Positions 18,782 to 28,793 are shown, numbered from the stretch's first letter. The stretch: 64,000 nt of DNA from an uncultured Candidatus Saccharibacteria bacterium (GCA_964384645.1 CAYLKL010000003.1:9101-73100); one strand, 5' to 3'. Made by a program: numbers and translations. Notes: a model not told the origin generated them from the sequence alone.

Positions 18782-19660
18782 TTAGTGAATAGATTGAGCG
18801 CGTAGTTCCATAACTTCTTTACGATATTCTGTTATGAGATCATGGGTCTCTTGAGCTGCTTCTCTGATGTTGCCTTTTGTGAAAATTATTCCACTCGAGG
18901 AATTAATAATGACTCCTGTTCCAAAACGATCTAGTCCATTTTCCACCACCTGCTTAAGGCTTCCTCCTTGTGTGCCTACACCAGGAATAAGAATTGGAAT
19001 ATCCCCTATAATCTCCCGAATTATTTGTAATTCTTCAGGATATGTTGCGCCGGCCACCAACAAACAATTACCATTTATGTTCCACTTATCACGCACGGTT
19101 TCTGCCACAACTTCAAAAAGTTTTTTGAATTGGGAATTACCAACCCTTACTTCTAAATCCTGAAATTCACCTGCTCCAGAATTAGAAGTCCGACAAAGCA
19201 CAATTACGCCCTTATCTTTTTGGTCAAGAAATGGCTTCATGGCTTCGCTTCCAAGATACGGATGTACCGTAATAGCATCGGCTTCGAGTTCATCAAAAAT
19301 TCCAGCAATATAGCCCATATTGGTATTCCCAATATCAGCTCTCTTTCCGTCCAGAATAATTGGAACATCTGGTGCAACATCATCCAGATATGCTTTTGTT
19401 CCAAACAATGCGGCAATTCCAATTTCTCCGTGAGCTTCGTAAAAAGCAATATTCGGCTTATAGGCACAAACAAGATCTTTTGTTTGATCGATCACCATTT
19501 TATTGAATTCGATAATAGTATCGAGTATTCGATGTCGGCTGTCTATAAATTTGTCGTGGATGAATTGGGGGATTTTTTTGTATTCAGAATCAAGCCCAAC
19601 ACATAAAAATTTATCTTCTGCCCATTTGGCGCGAAGCATTTCCATAAAGTTTCTTTCCAT
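18782..19660 (-). CDS. pyrF: Orotidine 5'-phosphate decarboxylase (long type-2 form)
   Basis: FLCVGLD, KPNIAFYEA and ILDGKRADIGNT (DxKxxDIxxT) motifs. Confidence 0.75.
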   Translation of the reverse strand: MERNFMEMLRAKWAEDKFLCVGLDSEYKKIPQFIHDKFIDSRHRILDTIIEFNKMVIDQTKDLVCAYKPNIAFYEAHGEIGIAALFGTKAYLDDVAPDVPIILDGKRADIGNTNMGYIAGIFDELEADAITVHPYLGSEAMKPFLDQKDKGVIVLCRTSNSGAGEFQDLEVRVGNSQFKKLFEVVAETVRDKWNINGNCLLVAGATYPEELQIIREIIGDIPILIPGVGTQGGSLKQVVENGLDRFGTGVIINSSSGIIFTKGNIREAAQETHDLITEYRKEVMELRAQSIH

Positions 19661-19721
19661 AATTTTTGTTTTTAAATGTGAATTTTCTTCAGATTAACCT
19701 TCTAGTTCAAGAATGTCAATC

Positions 19722-19750
19722 AAAAAAACCGCCCAATGGGCGGTTTTTTG
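19722..19750 (-). terminator. Intrinsic terminator after rplB
   Basis: Minus-strand stem ccgccc-att-gggcgg followed by TTTTTTT, 4 nt after the rplB stop. Confidence 0.8.
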
Positions 19751-19753
19751 TTC

Positions 19754-20596
19754 TTATTTCTTTCGTCGAGATTTTACTCTTCGTGTAACAATAAGCTTGT
19801 TTGAGTACTTCTTTGGAGTTCGTGTCTTTCTTCCTCCTGTAACCTTACCATGACGTGTTTTAGGGCGTCTTAGACCTCGTCCTTGTCGTCCTTCTCCTCC
19901 ACCGTATGGGTGGTCAACAGGGTTCATGGCAGTACCTCGAACAGTTGGTCTAATACCAAGCCATCGTGAGCGTCCAGCCTTACCAAAATTCTTCAACTTG
20001 TGTTCTTCGTTTGAAACTGAACCAATAGTAGCCCAGCATTCTTCAGAAACTTTTCGAACTTCAGTTGATGGCATTTTGATTTGAGAATACCCAGCGTCGT
20101 TTGCAACAACTTGAGCGAAACTTCCAGCAGAACGAACAAGCTTTGCGCCTCCGTTTGCTTTTAGTTCAATGTTGTAAACAAAAGTACCAGATGGAATTTT
20201 CTTCAAAGGAAGTCTGTTTCCGATCGTTACTGGTGCATCAGCTGAAACAATAAAAGTATCACCTACTTTTACGTTCTTCGAAGCAAGAACATATCTTCTT
20301 TCGCCGTCTTTATACAAAGCTCGAGCAATAAAAGATGATCTATTTGGATCGTATTCTACGTGTTCCACTTTAGCAGGGATATTTTTCTTGTCATACATGA
20401 AATCAACATCTCTGAAAAGTCTCTTATTTCCACCACCTTTGTGTTGAGTTGTAACACGACCAAGGTTATTTCTTCCAACACTTCTCTTTCTTCCATAAGT
20501 CAAAGACTTTAGAGGATCATTCGTTGTGATTTGACCTCGATAGTTTACTGTTATCATCCCACGTCGTGATGGTGTTGTTGGTTTATACTTTTTCAT
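19754..20596 (-). CDS. rplB: 50S ribosomal protein L2
   Basis: GRNNLGRVTTQHKGGG... and MNPVDHPYGGGEGR pattern. 280 aa. Confidence 0.95.
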   Translation of the reverse strand: MKKYKPTTPSRRGMITVNYRGQITTNDPLKSLTYGRKRSVGRNNLGRVTTQHKGGGNKRLFRDVDFMYDKKNIPAKVEHVEYDPNRSSFIARALYKDGERRYVLASKNVKVGDTFIVSADAPVTIGNRLPLKKIPSGTFVYNIELKANGGAKLVRSAGSFAQVVANDAGYSQIKMPSTEVRKVSEECWATIGSVSNEEHKLKNFGKAGRSRWLGIRPTVRGTAMNPVDHPYGGGEGRQGRGLRRPKTRHGKVTGGRKTRTPKKYSNKLIVTRRVKSRRKK

Positions 20597-20598
20597 AA

Positions 20599-20877
20599 TT
20601 AATAGATATTAATAGTCTCCCCTTTTTTAAGTGTTACGACCGCTTTTTTGCCTCCCTTTTTAACCCCTTTGATTCCTTTTCTAACAATCTTTTTTGGCTT
20701 TATATAAATTATTCCAACTTTCACTGGATTAACTTTATAAATTTCCTTGATTGATTTCATTATTTCAGTTTTTGTAGCATCACGTTCTACATCAAAAGTG
20801 TAAGTCGAATTCGAAGATGCCCGAACAGCTTTTTCAGTAACTCTAGGATTTTTGATTATTCTATGAATTGATTTCAT
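20599..20877 (-). CDS. rplW: 50S ribosomal protein L23
   Basis: IIKNPRVTEKAV...YTFDVERDATKTEIMKSIKEIYKVNP pattern. Confidence 0.9.
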   Translation of the reverse strand: MKSIHRIIKNPRVTEKAVRASSNSTYTFDVERDATKTEIMKSIKEIYKVNPVKVGIIYIKPKKIVRKGIKGVKKGGKKAVVTLKKGETINIY

Positions 20878-20878
20878 G

Positions 20879-21559
20879 TTATTTCTTTCTTGGCTTCTTT
20901 GTAATTCGACCTGCTAACACCTTATCAGCTTCTTCTGGATTTACCAAAACCACATTCTTGTGATCCAAGATATCCAAAATACTAGCTTGAGATACAGGCA
21001 TAACATCTATTTTTGGAAGATTTTTGAATGCACGAACCATTTCTCTGTCGATTTTTGGAGTCAAAAATAGTGTACTTGTAGGATTCTTTCGAGACAATGT
21101 TTCAAAACCTTCAACTTTTGCAAGTCCGATCATTACGTCTTTTGCAAGTTTAGTTTTTGATTCTTTCAGTGTCACAGAATCTACAAAAAGCATTCTTCCT
21201 TCCTTTAATTTTTCTGACATTACCATAGTAAATACAACCTTAAGCATGTTTGCATTTACTTTTCTGTCATAATTTTTTTCACTTGTTGGTCCATGAGTAA
21301 TACCTCCACCAACCCAAATTGGAGATCGAGACGAACCGTGTCGAGCGCGTCCAGTACCTTTTTGTTTCCAAGGTTTTTTTCCACCACCACGAACTTCACT
21401 TCGATCTTTTACGTTTGCAGTTCCCTTTCGTGCTCGAAGTCGAAGAGATGTCATTGTTTGATGAACCGCATCTTTATTGGCTTTTACACCGAAAACATTA
21501 TCTGAAATTTCGATATCTTTAACCTTCTTTCCTTCTTGATTGTATAAAGCTGTTTTCAT
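20879..21559 (-). CDS. rplD: 50S ribosomal protein L4
   Basis: RGGGKKPWKQKGTGRARHGSSRSPIWVGGG. The ORF-track start at 21649 over-extends into rplC; the likely start is the ATG at 21559 (MKTALYNQ). Confidence 0.9.
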   Translation of the reverse strand: MKTALYNQEGKKVKDIEISDNVFGVKANKDAVHQTMTSLRLRARKGTANVKDRSEVRGGGKKPWKQKGTGRARHGSSRSPIWVGGGITHGPTSEKNYDRKVNANMLKVVFTMVMSEKLKEGRMLFVDSVTLKESKTKLAKDVMIGLAKVEGFETLSRKNPTSTLFLTPKIDREMVRAFKNLPKIDVMPVSQASILDILDHKNVVLVNPEEADKVLAGRITKKPRKK

Positions 21560-21560
21560 A

Positions 21561-22178
21561 TTATTTTGATTCAATCTTAACAAGTGTTCCTCTTCGACCT
21601 GGTACTGCACCTGAAACAAGGATTTGATTTGTATCCTTATCAACAGCAAGTACCTTTAAATTTTTTACAGTCACAGTATCTCCACCAGTTCTTCCGGCCA
21701 TTCTCATACCCTTTGGAACTCGTGTTCTAAGACCTCCTCCGATAGATCCAGCTTCACGTTCTGAGTGTTTTTGTCCGTGTGAACGTGGACCTCCTTTGAA
21801 GTTATATCTTTTTACAACACCTTGAAATCCTTTTGACTTCGAAACTGAAGTAACTGTAACTTTATCTCCTGGTGTAAAATTGTCTACAGTAACAGCCACA
21901 CCCACAGAGCTTTCCCCTAAATCTTTTTCGTCTACTCGAAATTCGCGTAGGTATCTGAAGTTTCCAAGATCTTTAAGTGCGCCTTTTCTTGGCTTACTCA
22001 TAAGAGCTTCTCTTTGAACTCCAAACCCCATTTGCACAGCAGAATAACCATCCTTGTCTTTCGACATAATCTTGGTCACAGTAGCTGGTCCTGCGACAAT
22101 AACAGTCGCTGGATACGCTCTTCCGTCTTCAGAAAAAAACTGAGTCATATTTAGTTTTGTTCCAAGAATTTTTTTCAT
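21561..22178 (-). CDS. rplC: 50S ribosomal protein L3
   Basis: MKKILGTKLNMTQFFSEDGRAYPATVI...FQGVVKRYNFKGGPRSHG. The likely start is the ATG at 22178. Confidence 0.9.
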   Translation of the reverse strand: MKKILGTKLNMTQFFSEDGRAYPATVIVAGPATVTKIMSKDKDGYSAVQMGFGVQREALMSKPRKGALKDLGNFRYLREFRVDEKDLGESSVGVAVTVDNFTPGDKVTVTSVSKSKGFQGVVKRYNFKGGPRSHGQKHSEREAGSIGGGLRTRVPKGMRMAGRTGGDTVTVKNLKVLAVDKDTNQILVSGAVPGRRGTLVKIESK

Positions 22179-22306
22179 AATTTTGTTTATACACATACAG
22201 AAATAGTGGCTGTGCAGTGTTTAACTACAACAGTCCACTTAATTTCCGTGTCCATTTCGTGGTTTATCTTTTTTCTTTGTTTAAAGTCCGAGTCTGATTA
22301 ACAGAT

Positions 22307-22687
22307 TTACATCATCTTAACATCAACATCAACACCAGATGGAAGAGATAGGTTTGTCAAAGCTTCAATAGTTTTCGGTCCTGGATTTATGATATCTATT
22401 AGTCGCTTGTGCATTCTGATCTCGAATTGCTCTCTAGTATTTTTGTAAATAAACGGCGATCGATTGACAGTGTACTTCTTTATTTCAGTCGGCAATGGAG
22501 TTGGGCCCATTATTTTTGCATCATGGCGCAAAGCAGTATCAATGATTTGCTTTACAGACGCATCAAGAATTTTATTCTCGTACGCCCTAACTCTTACCCT
22601 AAGTCTAACAACCTCCTTGTCTTCTGAAGTCTTTGTTACCTTTTTCTTAGGTGCAGTCTTTGTCTTTTTTTCTTTTGCCTCTGACAT
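22307..22687 (-). CDS. rpsJ: 30S ribosomal protein S10 with a Lys-rich N-terminal extension
   Basis: LRVRVRAYENKILDASVKQIID...GPTPLPT core. Confidence 0.9.
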   Translation of the reverse strand: MSEAKEKKTKTAPKKKVTKTSEDKEVVRLRVRVRAYENKILDASVKQIIDTALRHDAKIMGPTPLPTEIKKYTVNRSPFIYKNTREQFEIRMHKRLIDIINPGPKTIEALTNLSLPSGVDVDVKMM

Positions 22688-22694
22688 GAATTTT

Positions 22695-23882
22695 TTATTT
22701 AATAACTTTAGTTACAACTCCAGCTCCAACAGTTTTACCTCCTTCTCGGATAGCAAATCTTTGTTGATCTTCAAGTGCAACAGGGGTAATAAGCTTAACT
22801 TTAAAAGTAATTGTGTCTCCTGGCATAACCATTTCCTTTCCTTCTGGAAGGGTAACTTCTCCTGTTACGTCAGTTGTTCTGATGTAGAACTGAGGCTTAT
22901 AACCTTTAAAGAAAGGTGTGTGACGACCTCCTTCTTCTTTTTTCAAAATGTAAACTTCTGATTCGAATTCATCGTGTGGAGTAACTGAAGCTGGCTTTGC
23001 CAAAACTTGTCCTCGTGTGATGTCTTCTTTCTTAACTCCTCGTAGAAGAATACCGGCGTTGTCTCCGGCCATACCTACATGTAGAGACTTGTTGAACATT
23101 TCAATACCAGTAACTGTAGTTTTTACAGTGTCCTTAATACCGATAATTTCAATTTCTTCTCCAACCTTTACAACACCTCTTTCAATTTTACCTGTAACAA
23201 CAGTTCCTCTTCCTTCGATAGAGAAAATGTCTTCAACTGGCATAAGGAAAGGCTTTGTAACGTCTCTCTCTGGTACTGGGATGTAAGTATCTAGCGCTTC
23301 TGTAAGTTCTAGAACTTTCTTTGCCCATTCGTCGTCCATTGAAGATGCTTCAAGAGCTTTTAGTCCTGAACCTCTTATAACTGGACAATCCTTATCAAAA
23401 CCTTGCTTTTCAAGGATTTCTCGGATTTCTTCTTCAACTAGATCGATAAGATCTTTGTCTTCAACCATGTCGCACTTGTTTAGGAAAACGATGATCTTTG
23501 GCACTCCAACTTGTTTTGCCAAAAGAACGTGTTCTCTTGTTTGTGGCATAGCTCCATCAGTTGCTGCAACTACTAGAATTGCACCGTCCATTTGAGCTGC
23601 ACCTGTGATCATGTTCTTGATGTAGTCAGCGTGACCTGGAGCATCAATGTGAGCATAGTGACGAGCTGAAGTTTCATACTCGTTGTGCGAAATGTTAATA
23701 GTAATACCTCGCTCCTTTTCTTCTGGAGCGTTGTCGATATCACCGATTCCCTTCATTTTAACAGTCTGTCCAGACATGTTAAGAACGTGCAGGATCGCTG
23801 CAGTTAGGGTAGTTTTTCCGTGGTCAACGTGACCAATTGTTCCCACGTTTACGTGAGGCTTGTCTCTTTTAAAATCTGCCAT
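22695..23882 (-). CDS. tuf: Elongation factor Tu
   Basis: [18 protein letters not shown] and NKCD G-motifs. 395 aa. Confidence 0.97.
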   Translation of the reverse strand: MADFKRDKPHVNVGTIGHVDHGKTTLTAAILHVLNMSGQTVKMKGIGDIDNAPEEKERGITINISHNEYETSARHYAHIDAPGHADYIKNMITGAAQMDGAILVVAATDGAMPQTREHVLLAKQVGVPKIIVFLNKCDMVEDKDLIDLVEEEIREILEKQGFDKDCPVIRGSGLKALEASSMDDEWAKKVLELTEALDTYIPVPERDVTKPFLMPVEDIFSIEGRGTVVTGKIERGVVKVGEEIEIIGIKDTVKTTVTGIEMFNKSLHVGMAGDNAGILLRGVKKEDITRGQVLAKPASVTPHDEFESEVYILKKEEGGRHTPFFKGYKPQFYIRTTDVTGEVTLPEGKEMVMPGDTITFKVKLITPVALEDQQRFAIREGGKTVGAGVVTKVIK

Positions 23883-24095
23883 AATTATTCTAAATTGGTT
23901 GCAACGCTTTTATACGTGCAACATATTAGCTGGTAATAGTAACCGCAATGATTTTTTGACCAAAAATCAAGTTTTGAGGATTTTTACAATAAAAAAAGCC
24001 CCAATGAGCGATTGGAGGTATATTAGCAGAAATGTTTATACTGTGTCAAATTCCCTTTTACCCCTTTTTACCGGAAAAAGGGGTGCAAAACCTCT

Positions 24096-24233
24096 CGCCG
24101 CATAAAGTTTTATTATGTTCACGTAATTCGTCTTCGCAAAAACTTTAAACTCTCCTTCGGCAAGCCCAAGATCAAACAGAAAAGTTTTAGTCTTCGGACT
24201 GATTGGTTCACATATATAAAACTTTATGCGGCG
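24096..24233. repeat. 138-bp element bounded by perfect 18-bp terminal inverted repeats (MITE-like, or a long-stem structured RNA)
   Basis: cgccgcataaagttttat (24096-24113) is the exact reverse complement of ataaaactttatgcggcg (24216-24233). The 102-bp interior contains small hairpins (cttcggcaag, gtcttcggac). No obvious target-site duplication. Confidence 0.45.
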
Positions 24234-24260
24234 AAGGACGACAAAACTTCTTAAGATAAA

Positions 24261-24290
24261 ATAAAAAACTCTCCGAAGGAGAGCTTTTGT
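24261..24290 (-). terminator. Intrinsic terminator after the SDR-like gene
   Basis: Minus-strand stem ctctcc-ttcg-ggagag followed by TTTTTT. Confidence 0.7.
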
Positions 24291-24304
24291 GACAATTTAG
24301 CTTT

Positions 24305-25036
24305 TTAGTCGGCTTTTAGTCCCACAGTTGTGATTACTTCATAGGCGAAATCTTCCGGGGTTTGAATTTCATCCCAAGGAGGATTTTCTCCAATGGTAAT
24401 TTCATTGAATTGTTTATGGGCCAAAGGACTGTTTATAAGTCCCGGTTCAAAAAGATAGACTTCTTCAAAAATCCCCTCTTCCTTTAAATCTTTAGCTAAT
24501 TTGGCAACTGCTTTCATAGAAGCAATATATCCCTCTTCTTTGTAGCCAGTCTTAAGATTAAGCCTTCTAGGGTCATCTTCAGCAAAATTTGCAGCATGAG
24601 AACCAATTAAAATAACTTTTGTCTTCTTATTAATGTTTTTTGGAAGCTTTTTAAGAGATTCAATTACAGCAACTTTAGTCTTAAAGTTTGCATTCATGAG
24701 ATCATTGGCTACTTGCTCTGCAGTTTTTGGATTTTCCATTCGCTTGTCGTTATCCCATTCAAAACTCCCCGCAGCCAAATCTACTGCATCAAAATAAACA
24801 TCAACGGCCGACATGTTAAAAATAAACACATTAACAGAATTTGAATCCTCCAAATCAAATCCATCATACAAATACACTCGTAAATCGCGCTTACCATCTA
24901 CCTTAAACATTTCTTCTGCCTTCTTTATATCTCTAACCATGGCGTAGACTTCATAGCCAAGTCTAAGAAATTTTTGAGCAATTTCGAAGCCGACACTACC
25001 TGTTACTCCTCCCACTAATGCTTTTTTAGTTTCCAT
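24305..25036 (-). CDS. NAD(P)-binding Rossmann-fold protein (SDR / NmrA-like), inserted between fusA and tuf
   Basis: N-terminal LVGGVTGSVGFEIAQKFLRLGYEVYAMVRD GxxGxxG dinucleotide-binding motif. 243 aa. Confidence 0.55.
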   Translation of the reverse strand: METKKALVGGVTGSVGFEIAQKFLRLGYEVYAMVRDIKKAEEMFKVDGKRDLRVYLYDGFDLEDSNSVNVFIFNMSAVDVYFDAVDLAAGSFEWDNDKRMENPKTAEQVANDLMNANFKTKVAVIESLKKLPKNINKKTKVILIGSHAANFAEDDPRRLNLKTGYKEEGYIASMKAVAKLAKDLKEEGIFEEVYLFEPGLINSPLAHKQFNEITIGENPPWDEIQTPEDFAYEVITTVGLKAD

Positions 25037-25243
25037 AAGTTCATATTTTATAACAGATTATCATTTTTGGCGAAAAAGACTAGGAGTTGATTTATTTTTA
25101 ATAAGGAATAAAATAAAAATCAAGAAATACTGGAACCTAAAAACTAAAAAACCATGCGCACAAAATTCAAAACCATCGTTGCTGTAATAATTATCGCAGT
25201 AACACTAGCGTTAATTTAGTAAAAAACAAAAACTCTGATAAAC

Positions 25244-25273
25244 AAAAAACCGCTCATATAGAGCGGTTTTTTT
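25244..25273. terminator. Intrinsic terminator after fusA (bidirectional hairpin)
   Basis: Stem ccgctc-atata-gagcgg with an A-run and a T-run, 10 nt after the fusA stop. Confidence 0.75.
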
Positions 25274-25283
25274 ATTTAGAAAA

Positions 25284-27425
25284 TTATTTTCTGTTCTTTA
25301 TGATTTCATCAGCGACGTTATTTGGAACAATGTCGTATCTCAAGAATTCCATTGTAAATCCCGCTCGTCCTTCTGTCATCGAACGAAGGTTTGTCATGTA
25401 TCCGAACATTTCAGAAAGTGGTACCACAGCTTTGATTGCTTGGTTTAGACCTCTTTCTTCTACGCCATCAATAAGACCTCGCTTTGCAGAAAGTGAACCT
25501 GTTACGTCTCCTAGGAATTTATCTGGTGTAACAACCTCAACTTTCATCATAGGCTCCAATATAACTGGTTTTGCTCGATTACAAGCCTCTTGTACTGCCA
25601 TTGAAGAAGCGATTTTGAAAGCCATTTCGTTTGAGTCAACTTCATGGTAACTTCCGTCCCAAAGTTCAACAGAAATATTAACCATTTTGTAACCTGCTAA
25701 AATTCCACGATCAAGACCCTCCTTAAATCCTTTTTCACAAGCAGGTATATATTCTTGTGGAATAACACCTCCTTTGATTGTATTTATGAATTCAAATCCT
25801 TCACTTCTCTTTGTGTTCTTTGGAAGATCGTCTTTGTCTACTGTCATATCCATTGGTTTAACCTTAATTCGAACGTGTCCGTAGTTTCCTCGTCCTCCTG
25901 ATTGCTTGATATATTTTCCTTCAGCTTCAGAATTTGCTGTAATTGTTTCTCGGTAAGCAACTTGAGGTCGCCCAACATTTGCTTCAACAGAAAATTCTCT
26001 CTTCATACGATCCACAATAATTTCAAGGTGAAGTTCTCCCATACCAGCAATAATTGTTTCCATAGTTTCAGGATCACTCATTACTTTAAATGTTGGATCT
26101 TCATCAGAAAGTCGTGAAAGCGCAAGACCCATTTTTTCTTGGTCAGCTTTTGTCTTTGGTTCAATACGCATAGAGATAACTGGTTCTGGGAATTTAATCT
26201 TATCTAGTACGATTGGGTTTGTTTCATCACAAAGTGTGTCAGAAGTTTTTGTATCCTTTAGACCAACTGCTGCCGCAATTTCTCCAGCATAAACTTTCTT
26301 TACTTCTTCTCTTTCATTCGCTTGCATGATAACGATACGTCCAAGTCTTTCCTTGTTTCCAGTTCGTGGATTGTAAATATATGAACCAGCTTCAACGGTT
26401 CCAGAGTAAACTCTAAAGAATATAAGTTGACCAACGAAAGGATCTGTCGCAACCTTGAAAGCAAGTGCAGAGAAAGGTTCAGCGTCAGACGGACCTCTTT
26501 CAAGTGGCGCGTCAGTGTCAGGGTGTGTTCCATTAACAGCCTTGATATCAAGTGGACTTGGAAGATAATCAACAACGGCGTCGAGAACCAATTGCACACC
26601 TTTATTTTTTAGAGCAGAACCAGCAAAAACTGGGAAAATTTCATTTGCAATAACAGCCTTTCGAGCAATCTTTTTTAATGTTTCAATGTCAGGAGTATTG
26701 CCGTCTAGATAAGCAGTCATCATCGCCTCATCATTTTCAACGATTTTCTCAATAAGTTCAGCGTGATACTTTTCTGCATCAGCCTTAAGGTTCTCCGGAA
26801 TATCTTTTTCTATAACTTTGTTACCCATATCCCCTTCGAAATAATAGGCCTTCATTTTTAGAAGGTCTACAACACCTTCGTGCTCACCTTCAAGTCCAAT
26901 TGGAATTTGAAAACGAACTGCTTTAGGAGAAAGTCTTTCTTTGATTGTTTTGAATGAGTGCTCAAATGATGCACCTGTTCTATCAAGTTTGTTTATGAAA
27001 CAAATTCGAGGAACTTTTGCTTCGTCAGCATAACGCCAGTTTGTTTCAGATTGTGGTTCTACACCTGCAACACCGTCGAAGACCACAACCGCACCGTCGA
27101 GAACTCGAAGAGATCGCTTTACCTCAACGGTAAAGTCGATGTGTCCTGGAGTATCAATAATATTGAATCGATGTTTTTTTGCCTTATCTCCCGGAGCATA
27201 AGTTGGAGTCCAAAAACAAGAAACAGCCGCAGCGGTAATTGTAATACCTCGTTCTTTTTCTTGTTCCATCCAGTCAGTAGTAGCGCCTCCATCGTGCACT
27301 TCTCCGATTTTGTGTGATTGTCCTGTGTAGTACAAAACACGCTCAGATGTAGTAGTTTTACCCGCATCAATGTGCGCAATAATTCCAAAATTTCTTAATT
27401 TTTCGATAGGGTGTTCTCGTTGCAT
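25284..27425 (-). CDS. fusA: Elongation factor G
   Basis: [22 protein letters not shown] and NKLD G-motifs. The ORF-track start at 27476 is over-extended; the likely start is [15 protein letters not shown]. Confidence 0.95.
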   Translation of the reverse strand: MQREHPIEKLRNFGIIAHIDAGKTTTSERVLYYTGQSHKIGEVHDGGATTDWMEQEKERGITITAAAVSCFWTPTYAPGDKAKKHRFNIIDTPGHIDFTVEVKRSLRVLDGAVVVFDGVAGVEPQSETNWRYADEAKVPRICFINKLDRTGASFEHSFKTIKERLSPKAVRFQIPIGLEGEHEGVVDLLKMKAYYFEGDMGNKVIEKDIPENLKADAEKYHAELIEKIVENDEAMMTAYLDGNTPDIETLKKIARKAVIANEIFPVFAGSALKNKGVQLVLDAVVDYLPSPLDIKAVNGTHPDTDAPLERGPSDAEPFSALAFKVATDPFVGQLIFFRVYSGTVEAGSYIYNPRTGNKERLGRIVIMQANEREEVKKVYAGEIAAAVGLKDTKTSDTLCDETNPIVLDKIKFPEPVISMRIEPKTKADQEKMGLALSRLSDEDPTFKVMSDPETMETIIAGMGELHLEIIVDRMKREFSVEANVGRPQVAYRETITANSEAEGKYIKQSGGRGNYGHVRIKVKPMDMTVDKDDLPKNTKRSEGFEFINTIKGGVIPQEYIPACEKGFKEGLDRGILAGYKMVNISVELWDGSYHEVDSNEMAFKIASSMAVQEACNRAKPVILEPMMKVEVVTPDKFLGDVTGSLSAKRGLIDGVEERGLNQAIKAVVPLSEMFGYMTNLRSMTEGRAGFTMEFLRYDIVPNNVADEIIKNRK

Positions 27426-27523
27426 AAATGATTGTTTATAAAATATTTTTAATAAAAAAAGACTTCGGAAAGTCAAGGATAACTATACGGCAAGACGCTG
27501 TTTTTTGCAAATAAAAAAGGGGC

Positions 27524-27760
27524 CTATTGGCTCCTTACTTTTTTAACACTATGTGGCAACACACATACGTTTTTAATTAAATTTACAGTTTCTTTATCAT
27601 TCTTTTTAGAATTCAAAATAATGTGCTCTTTTCTTGTGTCAAGAATCAATTTACCATCAGATTTTACTTTTAAAACCTTTACATGGATTAATCCTTTAAC
27701 ACATTTATATTCCACAGTGTCTCCGGTGGAAATATTTTCTTTATTTTCAATCTTTTTCAT
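27524..27760 (-). CDS. Hypothetical small basic protein (78 aa) inserted between rpsG and fusA
   Basis: Intact ORF filling the rpsG-fusA spacer. No recognisable motif, possibly a KOW/SH3-like beta protein. Coding status unverified. Confidence 0.3.
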   Translation of the reverse strand: MKKIENKENISTGDTVEYKCVKGLIHVKVLKVKSDGKLILDTRKEHIILNSKKNDKETVNLIKNVCVLPHSVKKVRSQ

Positions 27761-27839
27761 TTAGTAAGTTTTTAATTTTTGTCAATTTACACCTCAAAAA
27801 GCAAACCGTCAAACAAAAAAGCCCCTTTCGGGATTTTTT

Positions 27840-28310
27840 TTACCAAGCAAAGTGTGCGAACGCTTTGTTTGAATCTGCCATTTTATGAGTATCTTCTCTT
27901 TTCTTTACAGCGACTCCTTCGTTGTTTGCAGCAGCCATCAATTCATCTGCTAGTTTTTGCGCCATTGGTTTTCCTTTTCCAGATCTTGCTGCTCCGATGA
28001 TCCATCTGATTGAAAGAGCTAGTCTTCTTTCAGGTCTTACTTCTCGTGGAACCTGATAGTTTGCACCTCCGATTCTTCGTGAACGTACTTCCATAGTTGG
28101 TCCAGTGTTTTTCAAAGCTAGGTCAAATATTTCAAGTGGGTTTGGATTTCCAGTCTTTTCTTTGATTATATCAAAGGCATCATAAACAATACCTCTTGCA
28201 GTTTCTTTTTTTCCACTCCACATAACACAGTTAATAAACTTTCCGAGCTTTGCGGAATTATAAATTAAATCTGGTTCTGCGATATTTCTATTTTTTACTG
28301 GTCTTCTCAT
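27840..28310 (-). CDS. rpsG: 30S ribosomal protein S7
   Basis: MRRPVKNRNIAEPDLIYNS...ALKNTGPTMEVRSRRIGGANYQVP pattern. Confidence 0.95.
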   Translation of the reverse strand: MRRPVKNRNIAEPDLIYNSAKLGKFINCVMWSGKKETARGIVYDAFDIIKEKTGNPNPLEIFDLALKNTGPTMEVRSRRIGGANYQVPREVRPERRLALSIRWIIGAARSGKGKPMAQKLADELMAAANNEGVAVKKREDTHKMADSNKAFAHFAW

Positions 28311-28315
28311 ATTGA

Positions 28316-28735
28316 TTATTTAGCAGCTTTAGGTCTCTTTGCTCCGTATAGTGATCGACTCTTTCGTCTTGCGTCTACTCCTGTAGTATCAAGTCTTCCT
28401 CGAACGATGTGGTATCGAACTCCAATCAAGTCCTTAACACGACCTCCTCTAAGTATTACCACAGAGTGTTCTTGTAGGTTGTGTCCCATACCTGGAATAT
28501 AAGCTGTTACTTCTTGTCCATTTGTTAGTCTTACTCTAGCGATTTTTCGAACAGCTGAGTTAGGTTTCTTTGGTGTAGTTGTTGTTACTTTAGTACATAC
28601 CCCTCTCTTGAATGGAGATGGATAAAAAACCGGTCGGTTCTTCAAAGTATTGAAGCCACGACTAAGAGCAACAGTTCGTGTTGCTTTTTTTGATTTAGTT
28701 CTTGGTTTTTTTACTAATTGACTTATTCTTGCCAT
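28316..28735 (-). CDS. rpsL: 30S ribosomal protein S12
   Basis: [28 protein letters not shown]...[18 protein letters not shown]. The likely start is the ATG at 28735 (MARISQLV); the ORF track over-extends. Confidence 0.95.
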   Translation of the reverse strand: MARISQLVKKPRTKSKKATRTVALSRGFNTLKNRPVFYPSPFKRGVCTKVTTTTPKKPNSAVRKIARVRLTNGQEVTAYIPGMGHNLQEHSVVILRGGRVKDLIGVRYHIVRGRLDTTGVDARRKSRSLYGAKRPKAAK

Positions 28736-28764
28736 AAAAACAAAATGCACCGATGTGCCGAAAC

Positions 28765-28793
28765 ACTTTAACAAATATGTAGATTTTATGCAA
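28765..28793 (-). promoter_or_regulatory. Candidate sigma70 promoter of the str operon
   Basis: Minus strand reads TTGCAT (28788-28793), a 17-nt spacer, then TAAAGT (28765-28770). It lies ~30 nt upstream of the rpsL start. Confidence 0.35.

Noticed and set aside
23883-24095. tRNA genes upstream of tuf (common in other bacteria)
   Set aside because: No cloverleaf, T-loop (GTTCRA) or anticodon-arm pattern was found in this spacer or in any other intergenic region of the window.
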